Program-made: the position numbers and the translations under genes | The notes under the pieces: model-generated | What the model was told of the DNA's origin: nothing | The model's database searches: none | What the model saw: only the letters and a program-made list of their open reading frames with translations | NCBI GenBank assembly: GCA_022711465.1 | Contig: JAKLEZ010000024.1 | Coordinates: 17,938-81,937 of the forward strand | Length of the DNA: 64,000 nucleotides | Direction of reading: 5' to 3' | Source: Planctomycetota bacterium | GTDB lineage: Bacteria; Planctomycetota; Phycisphaerae; UBA1845; PWPN01 | Shown here: positions 15,980-27,113 of the stretch, in pieces | Layout of the letters: each line of letters begins with the position of its first letter | How positions within the stretch are numbered: the stretch's first letter is position 1

Positions 15980-17413
15980 TTACACGGCCAGCGATTTGTC
16001 CTGGTACTTGTGGGCGAAGAACCGTTGGACGGCCTCGACGACCTTTGAAGGAACGGTCGGCCGGTAGCTGCTCACGAGTTGTTCGGCGGTCTGGTGGGCG
16101 ATTTCGTACATACCCGGGGCGTTGTCGCAGTATCCGCCGGTCAGGTCGAAATAGGGGCTCTCGAAGAACTCGCCGCTGCGCAGCAGCCGCACGGTCAGAT
16201 CGTCGGTCAGGAAGTTTCCGCCGGGCTGCACCTCGGCGAGCGATCGAAGGCCGAGCTTTTGCTCATCCAGGTCGAGGCCGCCTGCCAGGTACTCGGCCAT
16301 GTCGATCAGGCCGCACTGCATGATGATCTGTTCGGCGCTCATGCCATTGGCGTTATGCAAGCTGCCCAGGCCGCCGATGACGTTTTGGCCGCCGGTGACG
16401 GACGCCAGCAGGTAGGCCATGCTTTCGGCGCCGTTCTGGACGTCTGGTCGCCAGGTAAGGCTTCCTCCGGCCTCTCCGGAGATGGGAAGGTGGTAGAATC
16501 GCCCCAGCTGGGTTGCAGCGGTCTTGAAGATCATCTTCTCGGCGCCGTAGTAGCGGTCCCGCCCGGTGCGCATGTCCGCCACCGAGGGGCCGATGCCGTA
16601 GAGTACCGGATGGCCCGGCTTGCAGGTCTGGGTGATGAGGACCGGCGCGAGGGCCTCCACGTTGGCTGCCAGCAGGGTGCCGGCCCGCGAGTAGGGCGAG
16701 GTCATGCCCGCCATCGGACACACCGTCGAGATGATGGGGTAGCACCGCTCCATAGCCATCTTCATGATCTCGATGTTCATGCTGTGGATTACCATGGGGC
16801 TGGTCACGGCCATGGCGACGCTGAGCAGAGGAGTGGTCTGGGTGTCGAGTCCCGCCGCATCGGCGATGACTGCGGCCACGTCCATCCAATCCCGGCAGTT
16901 CTTCTCCGAGGTGGGATAAACCGCGATGTGCTTGGTGGCGTGAGCAAGGAAGACCTCCATGGTCTTGTAGTAGCTGTCCGGCTCGGGCACGTCGGTGACG
17001 GGGAACTGCATCCGCATCATGGAGGCCACCCGGTCCAGCGACTCGCCGATGATGGTGTGACGGCGGACGTCCTCGAGGACTGGGGGCCTCGGGCCGCCGC
17101 GGTATGGAATGACGAAGGGGTCGAGGATGAGAGAGAGGTAGTAGCGGTTGTCACCACCGACCTCCAGCGGCCGCCCGTTGAGGCCGGTTTCCCTGGCCAC
17201 CGCCGGAGCCAGGGCCAGCAGTTCCTGGATCAGTCGGGGATCGAAACGAACGATGCCCGCGGCCTCATGGACGCGAGCTCCTCTCCGGGCCAGCCTGGCC
17301 AGGGTCTCGGCGTGTGTGATCCGAATCCCGATTCGCTCAAAGACCTCCAGTGTGCGGGCGTGGAGCGATTCGATTTCAGCATCGCTCAAGACGCGGATCT
17401 GCATTCTGCTCAT
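15980..17413 (-). CDS. MttB-superfamily methyltransferase (non-pyrrolysine type)
   Basis: 477 aa, uninterrupted with no in-frame TAG. The N-terminus LSDAEIESLHARTLEVFERIGIRITHAETLARLARRGARV and the overall length are typical of trimethylamine/glycine-betaine methyltransferase (MttB) family members. Confidence 0.85.
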   Translation of the reverse strand: MSRMQIRVLSDAEIESLHARTLEVFERIGIRITHAETLARLARRGARVHEAAGIVRFDPRLIQELLALAPAVARETGLNGRPLEVGGDNRYYLSLILDPFVIPYRGGPRPPVLEDVRRHTIIGESLDRVASMMRMQFPVTDVPEPDSYYKTMEVFLAHATKHIAVYPTSEKNCRDWMDVAAVIADAAGLDTQTTPLLSVAMAVTSPMVIHSMNIEIMKMAMERCYPIISTVCPMAGMTSPYSRAGTLLAANVEALAPVLITQTCKPGHPVLYGIGPSVADMRTGRDRYYGAEKMIFKTAATQLGRFYHLPISGEAGGSLTWRPDVQNGAESMAYLLASVTGGQNVIGGLGSLHNANGMSAEQIIMQCGLIDMAEYLAGGLDLDEQKLGLRSLAEVQPGGNFLTDDLTVRLLRSGEFFESPYFDLTGGYCDNAPGMYEIAHQTAEQLVSSYRPTVPSKVVEAVQRFFAHKYQDKSLAV

Positions 17414-17449
17414 GAGCCGTTGTTCCTTCGCCGAGTCGTTTGCAGGCGT

Positions 17450-19765
<2,316 letters not shown>

Positions 19766-19840
19766 GGGGCACCTCGGAGTTCGGGGATCCGTGTGAGCCC
19801 ATCCCTCTTGAAGCTGGCAAAGAGCCGCTCATGATCCGTC

Positions 19841-19869
19841 TTGACACTCGCGCACCCTTGCCGTAGCGT
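19841..19869 (+). promoter_or_regulatory. Candidate sigma70-type promoter (TTGACA-N17-TAGCGT) for the SSF transporter
   Basis: TTGACA at 19841-19846, 17-nt spacer, TAGCGT at 19864-19869. It lies about 85 nt upstream of ATG 19952. The ORF-track start at 19841 is the TTG of this hexamer. Confidence 0.35.
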
Positions 19870-19951
19870 TGCCGGGGATCGCTCAGACAGATCAACTTGG
19901 TTGGCCAAGAGGACTCGAATCCATTGGACAAGCTATCCAGCTCTGCGGAGG

Positions 19952-21817
19952 ATGTCAATGCTGGCGGCTAGGGCCCACGCGCAGGCAAGGCCGGGGTTGG
20001 CCTCTGCACCTGTTTCCGGTCTTGCGTCCAGCCCCTTGTCGGTGTTCACCGGCGAGTCTGCCGGCGGCCCCGTCTGTCGAGCCTGGGCCGGCGTGTCCGG
20101 TTCACTGCCGGCGCGGGCCGCTTTCCTGTTCGTGTTGCTTGCGGCGCCGGTGATAGCTCAGAGTGTGCCGGCCGCAGCGCGTGACTCCTCTCCGGCCGCC
20201 ACGGCCCAGGCTTCGCCCTCCGCGCCTCTCGCCGCAGGCGAGGGGGAGCGTCTTGAGCATCGCCGGCTTGTCCTGCTGGACTGGCTGGCGATCGGAGCAT
20301 ACGGAGCCGGCATGCTGGCCATCGGCTGGCTGGCCTCCCGGAAGACCAAGACCAGCGAAGATTATCTTCTCGGCGGGCGGAAGCTGAATCCCTCGGCTGT
20401 CGGTCTCTCCCTGTTTGCCACACTGATCAGCACGATTTCCTACCTCGCCGTGCCCGGTGAGATCATCAAGCACGGGCCGGTGTTTCTGGCCTACATTGCG
20501 GCCATTCCGATCATCTATGTTGTCACGGGTTATCTGCTGATCCCGTACATCATGCGGCTGCCGGTCACCAGCGCCTACGAGATCCTGGAGAGCGTTTTGG
20601 GCATCGAAGTGCGTCTGCTGGGCTCGATCATTTTTCTGCTCACCCGGCTGGTGTGGATGGGCCTGATCATTTTCGCTTCGACGAGAGCCATGGTGGCCAT
20701 GCTGGGGCTGGCTCCCGAGACAGCTCTTTACCTGGGCGTAGGGATGAGCCTGGTGACGGTCGTGTACACTTCGACGGGCGGGCTGCGCGCGTCGGTTGTC
20801 GCCGGCGCGGTGCAGACGCTTGTTCTTCTGGGCGGAGCGGTGGTGTCGGTGTTCTACGTGACGTACGAGATGGGTGGGGTGCGATCCTGGTGGCCTACGG
20901 AGTGGGCGTCGAACTGGGATGTGCAGCCCTTCTTCAGTTTCGACCCGCACGTGCGTGCGACCGTGCTGGGCATGGTCATCACCACGGTGGTGTGGTGGGT
21001 CTGCACGGCCGGCTCTGACCAGATGGCCATCCAACGTTATCTGTCGACACGGGACGCGCGGTCGGCGCGGCGTGCGTTCCTGGTCAACAACTGCGCCGAC
21101 GTGTTCACGACGTTGGCGTTGGCCTTTCTCGGCTTTGCCCTGCTGGCCTTCTTCCGCAGCCACGCCGCCGCCCTGCCTGCGGAGTACAATCTGGTCACGA
21201 ACGCCGACTATCTTTTTCCCTACTTCATTGTCAACGTCCTGCCTGCCGGTCTCGGGGGGCTGGTCATCGCCGGGTTGCTGGCGGCGGCGATGTCGAGTCT
21301 CTCGGCGGGCTTCAACTCCTGCTGTTCCGTGGTCACGGTGGATCTCATCGACCGCTTTCGCGAGCAGAAGTCCGCGGCCGAGCGACACCTCCGCATGATG
21401 CGTTACATCAGTGTTGCCGTCGGCCTGATCACGATCGGCCTGAGTCTTCTGATGGGACGTGTTTCGGGCAATCTGGTGGAGATGGCCAACAAGACGACGA
21501 ATCTGTTTGTTGCCCCACTCTTCTGCCTGTTCTTCATGGCCATGTTCGTGCCGTTCGCCACGGCCTTCGGGACATTCTCGGGAGCGGTTTACGGGCTGGC
21601 CGCCGGTGTACTGGTCGGCTACTGGGACCAGCTGACGGGGGGGGCGGTCCTGAGCTGGACGTGGATCACGCCGGCCTCGCTGATGGCCAGCATCGTCGCG
21701 GGCTGCGTGTTCAGTCTCTTTCCGACCCGCGGCCGCTCCTGGCCGCTCCTGGTCGGGTGGACGCTGCTTGCCGCGGCGCCGCTGGTTCTGTGCTTCGTTG
21801 CCGTGGTGCGCTGGTGA
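19952..21817 (+). CDS. Sodium:solute symporter (SSF) family transporter with ~100-aa N-terminal extension
   Basis: The SSF core begins at LDWLAIGAYGAGMLAIGWLASRKTKTSEDYLLGGRKL, followed by about 13 TM segments. Start ATG is 19952 or 19958, just after ggagg. The Ala/Pro-rich leader includes a signal-like AAFLFVLLAAPVIAQS. Confidence 0.85.
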   Translation: MSMLAARAHAQARPGLASAPVSGLASSPLSVFTGESAGGPVCRAWAGVSGSLPARAAFLFVLLAAPVIAQSVPAAARDSSPAATAQASPSAPLAAGEGERLEHRRLVLLDWLAIGAYGAGMLAIGWLASRKTKTSEDYLLGGRKLNPSAVGLSLFATLISTISYLAVPGEIIKHGPVFLAYIAAIPIIYVVTGYLLIPYIMRLPVTSAYEILESVLGIEVRLLGSIIFLLTRLVWMGLIIFASTRAMVAMLGLAPETALYLGVGMSLVTVVYTSTGGLRASVVAGAVQTLVLLGGAVVSVFYVTYEMGGVRSWWPTEWASNWDVQPFFSFDPHVRATVLGMVITTVVWWVCTAGSDQMAIQRYLSTRDARSARRAFLVNNCADVFTTLALAFLGFALLAFFRSHAAALPAEYNLVTNADYLFPYFIVNVLPAGLGGLVIAGLLAAAMSSLSAGFNSCCSVVTVDLIDRFREQKSAAERHLRMMRYISVAVGLITIGLSLLMGRVSGNLVEMANKTTNLFVAPLFCLFFMAMFVPFATAFGTFSGAVYGLAAGVLVGYWDQLTGGAVLSWTWITPASLMASIVAGCVFSLFPTRGRSWPLLVGWTLLAAAPLVLCFVAVVRW

Positions 21818-22181
21818 CAACTTTCTCCTTTCCCAGGGAGACGGGTGGTTTTGGGGAAGGAGGTCCGAAGGAAGCCGGCGGCGTTTCGATCTGAGTTGCG
21901 GTCAGGATCAGGGCTTTCCGGTTGTTCGGCTTGGCACGGTGGTGCGGGATCGATAACATGCTCTGTCACACCGGTCGTTCGCGGCGCTTGGGCTCGTTTT
22001 CGTCGAGTCACCGGCAGCGGCTTTCTGGGCCCTTGGAGGAGGATCGAAGGCTTCTACCGATCCGGGTCGGGTCCGGGCGGTGGGTGGGGGTCCGAATCGC
22101 CCCTGGCGGGGAGTCTGGCCATGACCGGCCACCTGCCGGGATGTGCCTGGCGACGGTCGTGCGGCAAGCGGAGAGGGGGCC

Positions 22182-23369
22182 ATGACCGCCCAGATCCTGG
22201 ACAACGCCGTGCTGTGGATGGGGGACGGAACGTCGCTGGCTGGGCATCTTGCCATCGAGTCCGGCAAGATCGTCTCCGTCTGCCCCGGTCGCTATCACGG
22301 TTGCCTGCGGGTTGAGGATCTCGGCGGCCAGGCTCTGTCGCCCGGACTGATCGACCTCATGGTGCTCGGCGGTTTCAACCGGAGCATTCTGCGGGACGAT
22401 CCCGGCGAGTTGGCCCAGGCCTATCTTCGGCTGGGCATCACCAGTTGCCAGTTCTGCATTGGGACGCTTTCCTGGGACTCGATGCAGCGGGTGGCCGGCA
22501 ACGTTCGCCGAGCGATGATTGACCAGGACCGGCCGGCGGCTCGGGTGCTGGGTCTGTATCTTGAAGGGCCCTTTCAGCAGCCGGACTTGACCGGGGCGAG
22601 CCTGCGTGAATATGCTCTTTCCCCTTCGCTGGAGCATGTTTCCCGGGTGCTGGAGATGGGGCCGGTGATCACGATGATCAACGTTGCTCCCGGCCTGGAG
22701 GGTGACGCGGCCGCGGTCCGTCGTCTGGGTGAATCCGGCAAGGTTGTGTCGATGGCTCACTCCGACGCCCCGGTGGAGCGTGTTGATGCGTGCATTGATG
22801 CCGGTGCGAGCGTGTTGGGCCATTGCTGGGACAACAACTCCGGCCGGATCGGCGATTCCGGAGTTCAGCAGCCGACGCTCGAGCATGCCGCGTTGCTCGA
22901 CGAGCGGGTCCGATTCATCCACTTGATCTGCGACGGCACGCACGTGCATCCGGTCATGGTCCGCCTGACGGTGCGGTGTCGCGGAGTTCAGTCCGTGTGT
23001 CTGGTCACTGATGCGGTCACGCGTGCGGGGTGCCCCGACGGGTGCTACACTTCCGACGACGGGCGCGTTTTCAGCAAGCAAGGCGGCGTTGGGCGGACGG
23101 ATACCGGCTGGCTGTGTGGCAGTGCTCTGTTGCTGCCCGATCATCTGCGGAGTTTCATCCGGTTTACCGGCTTGCCTCCGGAGCAGGCGATCCGTACCGT
23201 AACCGGGAACCCGGCGGCAAGCCTGGGTCTTCAGGATCGGGTTGGCCTGCTTCGGGCGGGGCTTGCCGCCGACGTCGTGGCCTGGGACTCGTCTCTGCGA
23301 ATTCGCAGAGTCTGGTGCTCCGGGCGGGAAGTGGAGGATGTCTCCGATTTCGCAGAGGTGCATCTGTGA
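22182..23369 (+). CDS. N-acetylglucosamine-6-phosphate deacetylase-like amidohydrolase (NagA family)
   Basis: Start ATG 22182 after gagaggggg. Motifs LSPGLIDLMVLGG, YLEGPF, MAHSDA, THVHP, CLVTDAV, AADVVAWD are typical of the NagA-type amidohydrolase fold. Confidence 0.8.
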   Translation: MTAQILDNAVLWMGDGTSLAGHLAIESGKIVSVCPGRYHGCLRVEDLGGQALSPGLIDLMVLGGFNRSILRDDPGELAQAYLRLGITSCQFCIGTLSWDSMQRVAGNVRRAMIDQDRPAARVLGLYLEGPFQQPDLTGASLREYALSPSLEHVSRVLEMGPVITMINVAPGLEGDAAAVRRLGESGKVVSMAHSDAPVERVDACIDAGASVLGHCWDNNSGRIGDSGVQQPTLEHAALLDERVRFIHLICDGTHVHPVMVRLTVRCRGVQSVCLVTDAVTRAGCPDGCYTSDDGRVFSKQGGVGRTDTGWLCGSALLLPDHLRSFIRFTGLPPEQAIRTVTGNPAASLGLQDRVGLLRAGLAADVVAWDSSLRIRRVWCSGREVEDVSDFAEVHL

Positions 23370-24193
23370 GCGCTGGGGCGCGTTTTGACCTCACTGGACG
23401 AATTGCCCTGGTTACTGGGGGGAGCCGCGGAATCGGCCGGGGCATTGCGATCGGTTTTGCCGAGCACGGTGCCGACGTGGCCATTGTTTACCGCTCCGCC
23501 GAGCGGGAGGCCGGCGAGGTTGTGGCGGCGATTCGGGCCCTTGGTCGGCGGGCATGGGCTTACCAGCAGGACCTGGCCGAGCTCGATGCATTGCCGGCCT
23601 TGGCGGAGCGCGTCTGGCGAGAATGCGGCCGGATTGAGATTCTCGTCAACAACGCGGGCATGGCCTACCTCGAGTCGTTCAACGAGATCACTCCGGAGCA
23701 CTGGCGCCGGGTGATGGCGGTGAACCTCGATGCCGTGTTCTTCCTGACACAGCGGATCGCTGAACGCATGATTGCGGCCGGCGTCAAAGGCCGGATCATC
23801 AACCTCTCCAGCAAGAACGGCTTTGTCGCCGAGGCTGGCCTGGCTCACTACAATGCCTCGAAGGGGGCGATGGAGCTGCTCACGCAGAGTCTGGCCATCG
23901 AGCTGGGTGGGCACGGCATCACGGTCAACACGATTGCCCCGGGGATCATCGAGACCGAGATTGCCGGCGAGTTCGACCTGCCGAAGGAGTTCTTCGAGTA
24001 CTACAAGGAGCACATTCCGCTCGAGCACCGCTTTGGCCAGGTGGAAGATTGCGTCGGTGCGGCGGTGTTCCTTGCTTCCCGAGCGTCCGGTTACATGACT
24101 GGCCAGCACCTGATCCTCGATGGCGGCGTGTTATGCGAGCAGGTGCCACGGATGCAGTTCATGGCTGCCGAGACGCGGACACATGGAGGGTAG
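23366..24193 (+). CDS. Short-chain dehydrogenase/reductase (FabG/KduD-like)
   Basis: GTG 23366 overlaps the nagA-like stop (GTGA). TGGSRGIGRG, NNAG, S...YNASK catalytic motif, and PG tail (IAPGIIETE). Confidence 0.85.
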   Translation: MSAGARFDLTGRIALVTGGSRGIGRGIAIGFAEHGADVAIVYRSAEREAGEVVAAIRALGRRAWAYQQDLAELDALPALAERVWRECGRIEILVNNAGMAYLESFNEITPEHWRRVMAVNLDAVFFLTQRIAERMIAAGVKGRIINLSSKNGFVAEAGLAHYNASKGAMELLTQSLAIELGGHGITVNTIAPGIIETEIAGEFDLPKEFFEYYKEHIPLEHRFGQVEDCVGAAVFLASRASGYMTGQHLILDGGVLCEQVPRMQFMAAETRTHGG

Positions 24194-24198
24194 GCATC

Positions 24199-25293
24199 GT
24201 GTCATCAGCCCCGCGGACGGGTACAGCGATTCAGGATCTGGATACCCCGGCCTTGCTCGTCGACGGGCCGGCGATGATGGGGAACATCGAGCGTATGGCG
24301 GCCTTTTTCCGCGGCCGGCCCGCGCAGCTTCGTCCGCATTTCAAGAATCACAAGTGCACGCAGATTGCCCGTCGCCAGTTGGCCGCGGGCTCGGCCGTCG
24401 GGATGACGGTTGCCAAGCTGGCCGAGGCCGAGGTTTTAGCGGGCGCGGGGATCGACGACGTGCTGATTGCGAACCAAGTCGTTGGAGACCGCAAGCTGGA
24501 GCGGCTGGCCTATTTGGCCCGACGCATTCATCTCCGGCTGGCCGTTGACCACATCGACCAGGCGGTTGCTCTCTCGCGGGCTGTCTCGGCCGCCGGCGCG
24601 ACCGTGGGCGTGCTCATCGAGATTGACATTGGGATGGGGCGTTGCGGGCTGCCGCCCGGCGAACCGGTCGTGGCCCTGGCTGGCCGGCTGGCGGACTTGC
24701 CGGGCGTCCGGTTCGACGGCCTTCAGGCCTACGAGGGTCACTTGGTCAGCGTGGCTGATCCCGAGGATCGTCGTGTTCGCGTGATCGAGGCCTTCCGGGA
24801 AGCCCTGGACACGCGGGCTCTTCTGGAGCGATCGGGCCTGCCGGTTCGGGTCATCAGCGGCGGCTCGACCTCCACCTATGCGATCACCGGGGTCATCGAG
24901 GGCGTCGACGAGATCCAGGCCGGCACCTACGCGACCATGGACTGCGTTTACCAGCGGCTCATGCCGGAGTTTGGCCTGGCCCTGTCGGTTATTGCCCGGG
25001 TCATCAGCCGGCCGAGGCCGGGGGTGGCCGTTCTGGACGTCGGGGTGAAGGGTGTGGGTCACGAGTTCGGTCCTCCACAGGTCAAGGGCTGCCCAGGGGC
25101 GAGAGTACCTTCGTTCATGTCGGAGGAGCATTGCATCATTCACGATGCTCCGGGCTGGCGGGTGGGCGACGCGGTGGAGTTGGTGCCCAGCCACGCGTGT
25201 ACCACCTGCAACCTGTACCGGCAGATTCACGTGCACGATGGAGGCCGGATTGTCGACCTGTGGCCGATCGAAGGCTCGGGAGGGCTGACCTAG
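24199..25293 (+). CDS. DSD1-type PLP enzyme (D-serine dehydratase / D-threonine-aldolase-like, alanine-racemase N-terminal fold)
   Basis: GTG 24199 lies 6-7 nt after ggaggg and 5 nt after the SDR stop. Motifs LDTPALLVD, LRPHFKNHKC (PLP-Lys), GMTVAKLAEAEV, C-terminal EEHCIIH...VPSHACTTCNL. Confidence 0.8.
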   Translation: MSSAPRTGTAIQDLDTPALLVDGPAMMGNIERMAAFFRGRPAQLRPHFKNHKCTQIARRQLAAGSAVGMTVAKLAEAEVLAGAGIDDVLIANQVVGDRKLERLAYLARRIHLRLAVDHIDQAVALSRAVSAAGATVGVLIEIDIGMGRCGLPPGEPVVALAGRLADLPGVRFDGLQAYEGHLVSVADPEDRRVRVIEAFREALDTRALLERSGLPVRVISGGSTSTYAITGVIEGVDEIQAGTYATMDCVYQRLMPEFGLALSVIARVISRPRPGVAVLDVGVKGVGHEFGPPQVKGCPGARVPSFMSEEHCIIHDAPGWRVGDAVELVPSHACTTCNLYRQIHVHDGGRIVDLWPIEGSGGLT

Positions 25294-25494
25294 TCTGGTG
25301 TCCGGGGCGTCTCGTGTTGGGGTCGAGCTAAGGGGGGTTTGCGTATTCGAGCGGCTGCCGTGGGGCGGGCACGACCTGTTGTCCGGGGCCAGGGTGGGCA
25401 AGCGCGTCATCGAAGATGAGGGGGCGGTCCGGCCGGGCGTTTCATCGTGGCGGGCCGCGTCCTGCTCGCCGGTTCTGCCGAAAGGAGCGAGGCC

Positions 25495-26976
25495 ATGAGC
25501 TTGAAACGCGTAGGTCCGGTTGTCCGCGGTGAAGAGCTTGCCGACGGGGGTGGGGGGCACGTGGATGTGGTCAATCCTGCAACCGGGCAGGTGATCGCGC
25601 GGCAGGCCTGTTGTGATGCGGCCGCGGTGCGACAGATCGTGGAGGCCGGCGACGGCGCCTTTCGCTCGGCCGGCTGGCAAGGCCTGTCGCCCGCGGATCG
25701 CGGCCGGCTGTTGCTGCGTCTGGCCGATCTGGTCGAGGCGGAGGCCGAGCGGCTGGTGGAGCTCGAGCTGCTCGACACGGGCAAGCCCATTTCCCAGCTT
25801 CGCGGCGGCGAGCTTCCGCTGACTGCCGCCATCATTCGCTTCTACGCGGGGGCTTCCGACAAGATCGAGGGAAGGACCAAGAACACGCCGGGCGGGTTCC
25901 ACCTGACCGTGTGGGAGCCCTATGGGTTGGTGGGTGGCATTCTCCCGTGGAACTATCCACTGGTTAACGCCGCCATGAAAGTCGCCCCGGCTCTGGCTGC
26001 CGGCAATGCGATCGTGTTGAAGCCGTCGGTGGAGACGCCCCTGGCGACCGTCGAGTTCGCGAAGCTCTGCACCCGGGCGGGTATTCCTCCGGGCATAGTC
26101 AACGTGGTTCTCGGTTCGGGCACGAAGGTCGGCAACGAACTGGTCGTGAATCCCAGGATCAAGAAGATTTCCTTCACGGGTTCGACCGCCGTCGGCCAGG
26201 GCATCCAGAAGCTAGCGGCGGATCAGATGAAACCGGTCAATCTCGAATGTGGTGGCAAGAACGCCATCATCGTTTTTGCCGACGCCGATCTGGAGCGGGC
26301 GGCCAACGCCGCCCTGGTCAGTGGGTTCGTCAACTGCGGGCAGCTCTGCGTTTCCTGCTCCCGGCTGCTGGTGGAGCAGTCCATCGCGGATCGGTTTGAG
26401 CGCCTGCTGGCGGACAAGTTGCGGAGGATCAGGGTCGGCGATCCGAAGGATCCTGCGACCCAGATCGGGCCGATGATCACCCGTGCCCAGTACGACGTTG
26501 GTCTGCAATACCTGCAGCTGGCCGCGAACGAGGGCTGCCGTGTTGTTGCGGGCGGCCGGAAGCTGGCGCTGGGTGGCGCCCTGGCGGAGGGGCTCTGGCT
26601 TCAGCCCACGATTCTCGCCGACGCCAAGCCCGCAATGCGCGTGGCCCAAGAGGAGATCTTTGGACCAGTTTTGACGGTCTTTAGGTTCTCCGAAGAACAT
26701 GAAGCGATCGATATCGCCAACGGCGTCGCGTACGGTCTCTCCGGCTCGGTGTGGTCCGGCAGCATAGAACGGGCCGGGCGGGTGGCCCAGTCCATGGATA
26801 CGGGCATTGTTTGGGTCAACACCATGCTTGTCGGCTACCCCCAGATACCCGTTCCCCCGCACCGAATGAGTGGTACCGGCGTCGAGCTGGGCATGGAAGG
26901 GCTGCTGGCCTACTGCAAGCGCAAGAGCGTCGTCATCAGTTCGGACCGCACGGCGCCGATTGGATGGGGGGTGTGA
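25495..26976 (+). CDS. NAD(P)-dependent aldehyde dehydrogenase
   Basis: ATG 25495 after aaaggag. Motifs WNYPL, LKPSVETP, FTGSTAVG, LECGGKNA (catalytic Glu), FVNCGQLCVSCSR (catalytic Cys), EEIFGPV. Confidence 0.9.
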   Translation: MSLKRVGPVVRGEELADGGGGHVDVVNPATGQVIARQACCDAAAVRQIVEAGDGAFRSAGWQGLSPADRGRLLLRLADLVEAEAERLVELELLDTGKPISQLRGGELPLTAAIIRFYAGASDKIEGRTKNTPGGFHLTVWEPYGLVGGILPWNYPLVNAAMKVAPALAAGNAIVLKPSVETPLATVEFAKLCTRAGIPPGIVNVVLGSGTKVGNELVVNPRIKKISFTGSTAVGQGIQKLAADQMKPVNLECGGKNAIIVFADADLERAANAALVSGFVNCGQLCVSCSRLLVEQSIADRFERLLADKLRRIRVGDPKDPATQIGPMITRAQYDVGLQYLQLAANEGCRVVAGGRKLALGGALAEGLWLQPTILADAKPAMRVAQEEIFGPVLTVFRFSEEHEAIDIANGVAYGLSGSVWSGSIERAGRVAQSMDTGIVWVNTMLVGYPQIPVPPHRMSGTGVELGMEGLLAYCKRKSVVISSDRTAPIGWGV

Positions 26977-27113
26977 GGGCCGCGCCCGGCCTGGCACCTG
27001 GGTCTGCCTGATTGCTATGGGGGGTTTTGCTGGGAAGCGGCGTCGAGGTATGCTCGGCCTCCTTCCCAGTCGGTTCGGAGGCGGGGGCCTTGGGCTCCCT
27101 GTGAGAACGCAAG

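Noticed and set aside
20102-21820. 572-aa minus-strand ORF opposite the SSF transporter
   Set aside because: It is Arg/Gly/Pro/His-rich with no TM segments or motifs. The plus frame encodes a textbook multi-TM SSF protein.
21932-21946. Sigma54-like TGGCAC...TGC element upstream of the nagA-like operon
   Set aside because: The GG-to-GC spacing is one nucleotide off the -24/-12 consensus (TGGCAC-N5-TTGC), and no enhancer-binding protein gene is nearby. It is more simply read as the -35 (TTGGCA) of a sigma70-type promoter.
22008-25902. Long minus-strand ORFs (22008-23363, 23231-24109, 24436-25902) and the long N-terminal extensions of plus ORFs 23030-24193 and 24049-25293
   Set aside because: The plus-strand genes have conserved N-termini that begin at GTG/ATG codons placed immediately after the preceding stop (23366, 24199, 25495), with RBSs. 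The extensions overlap the upstream genes out of frame and look non-protein-like.
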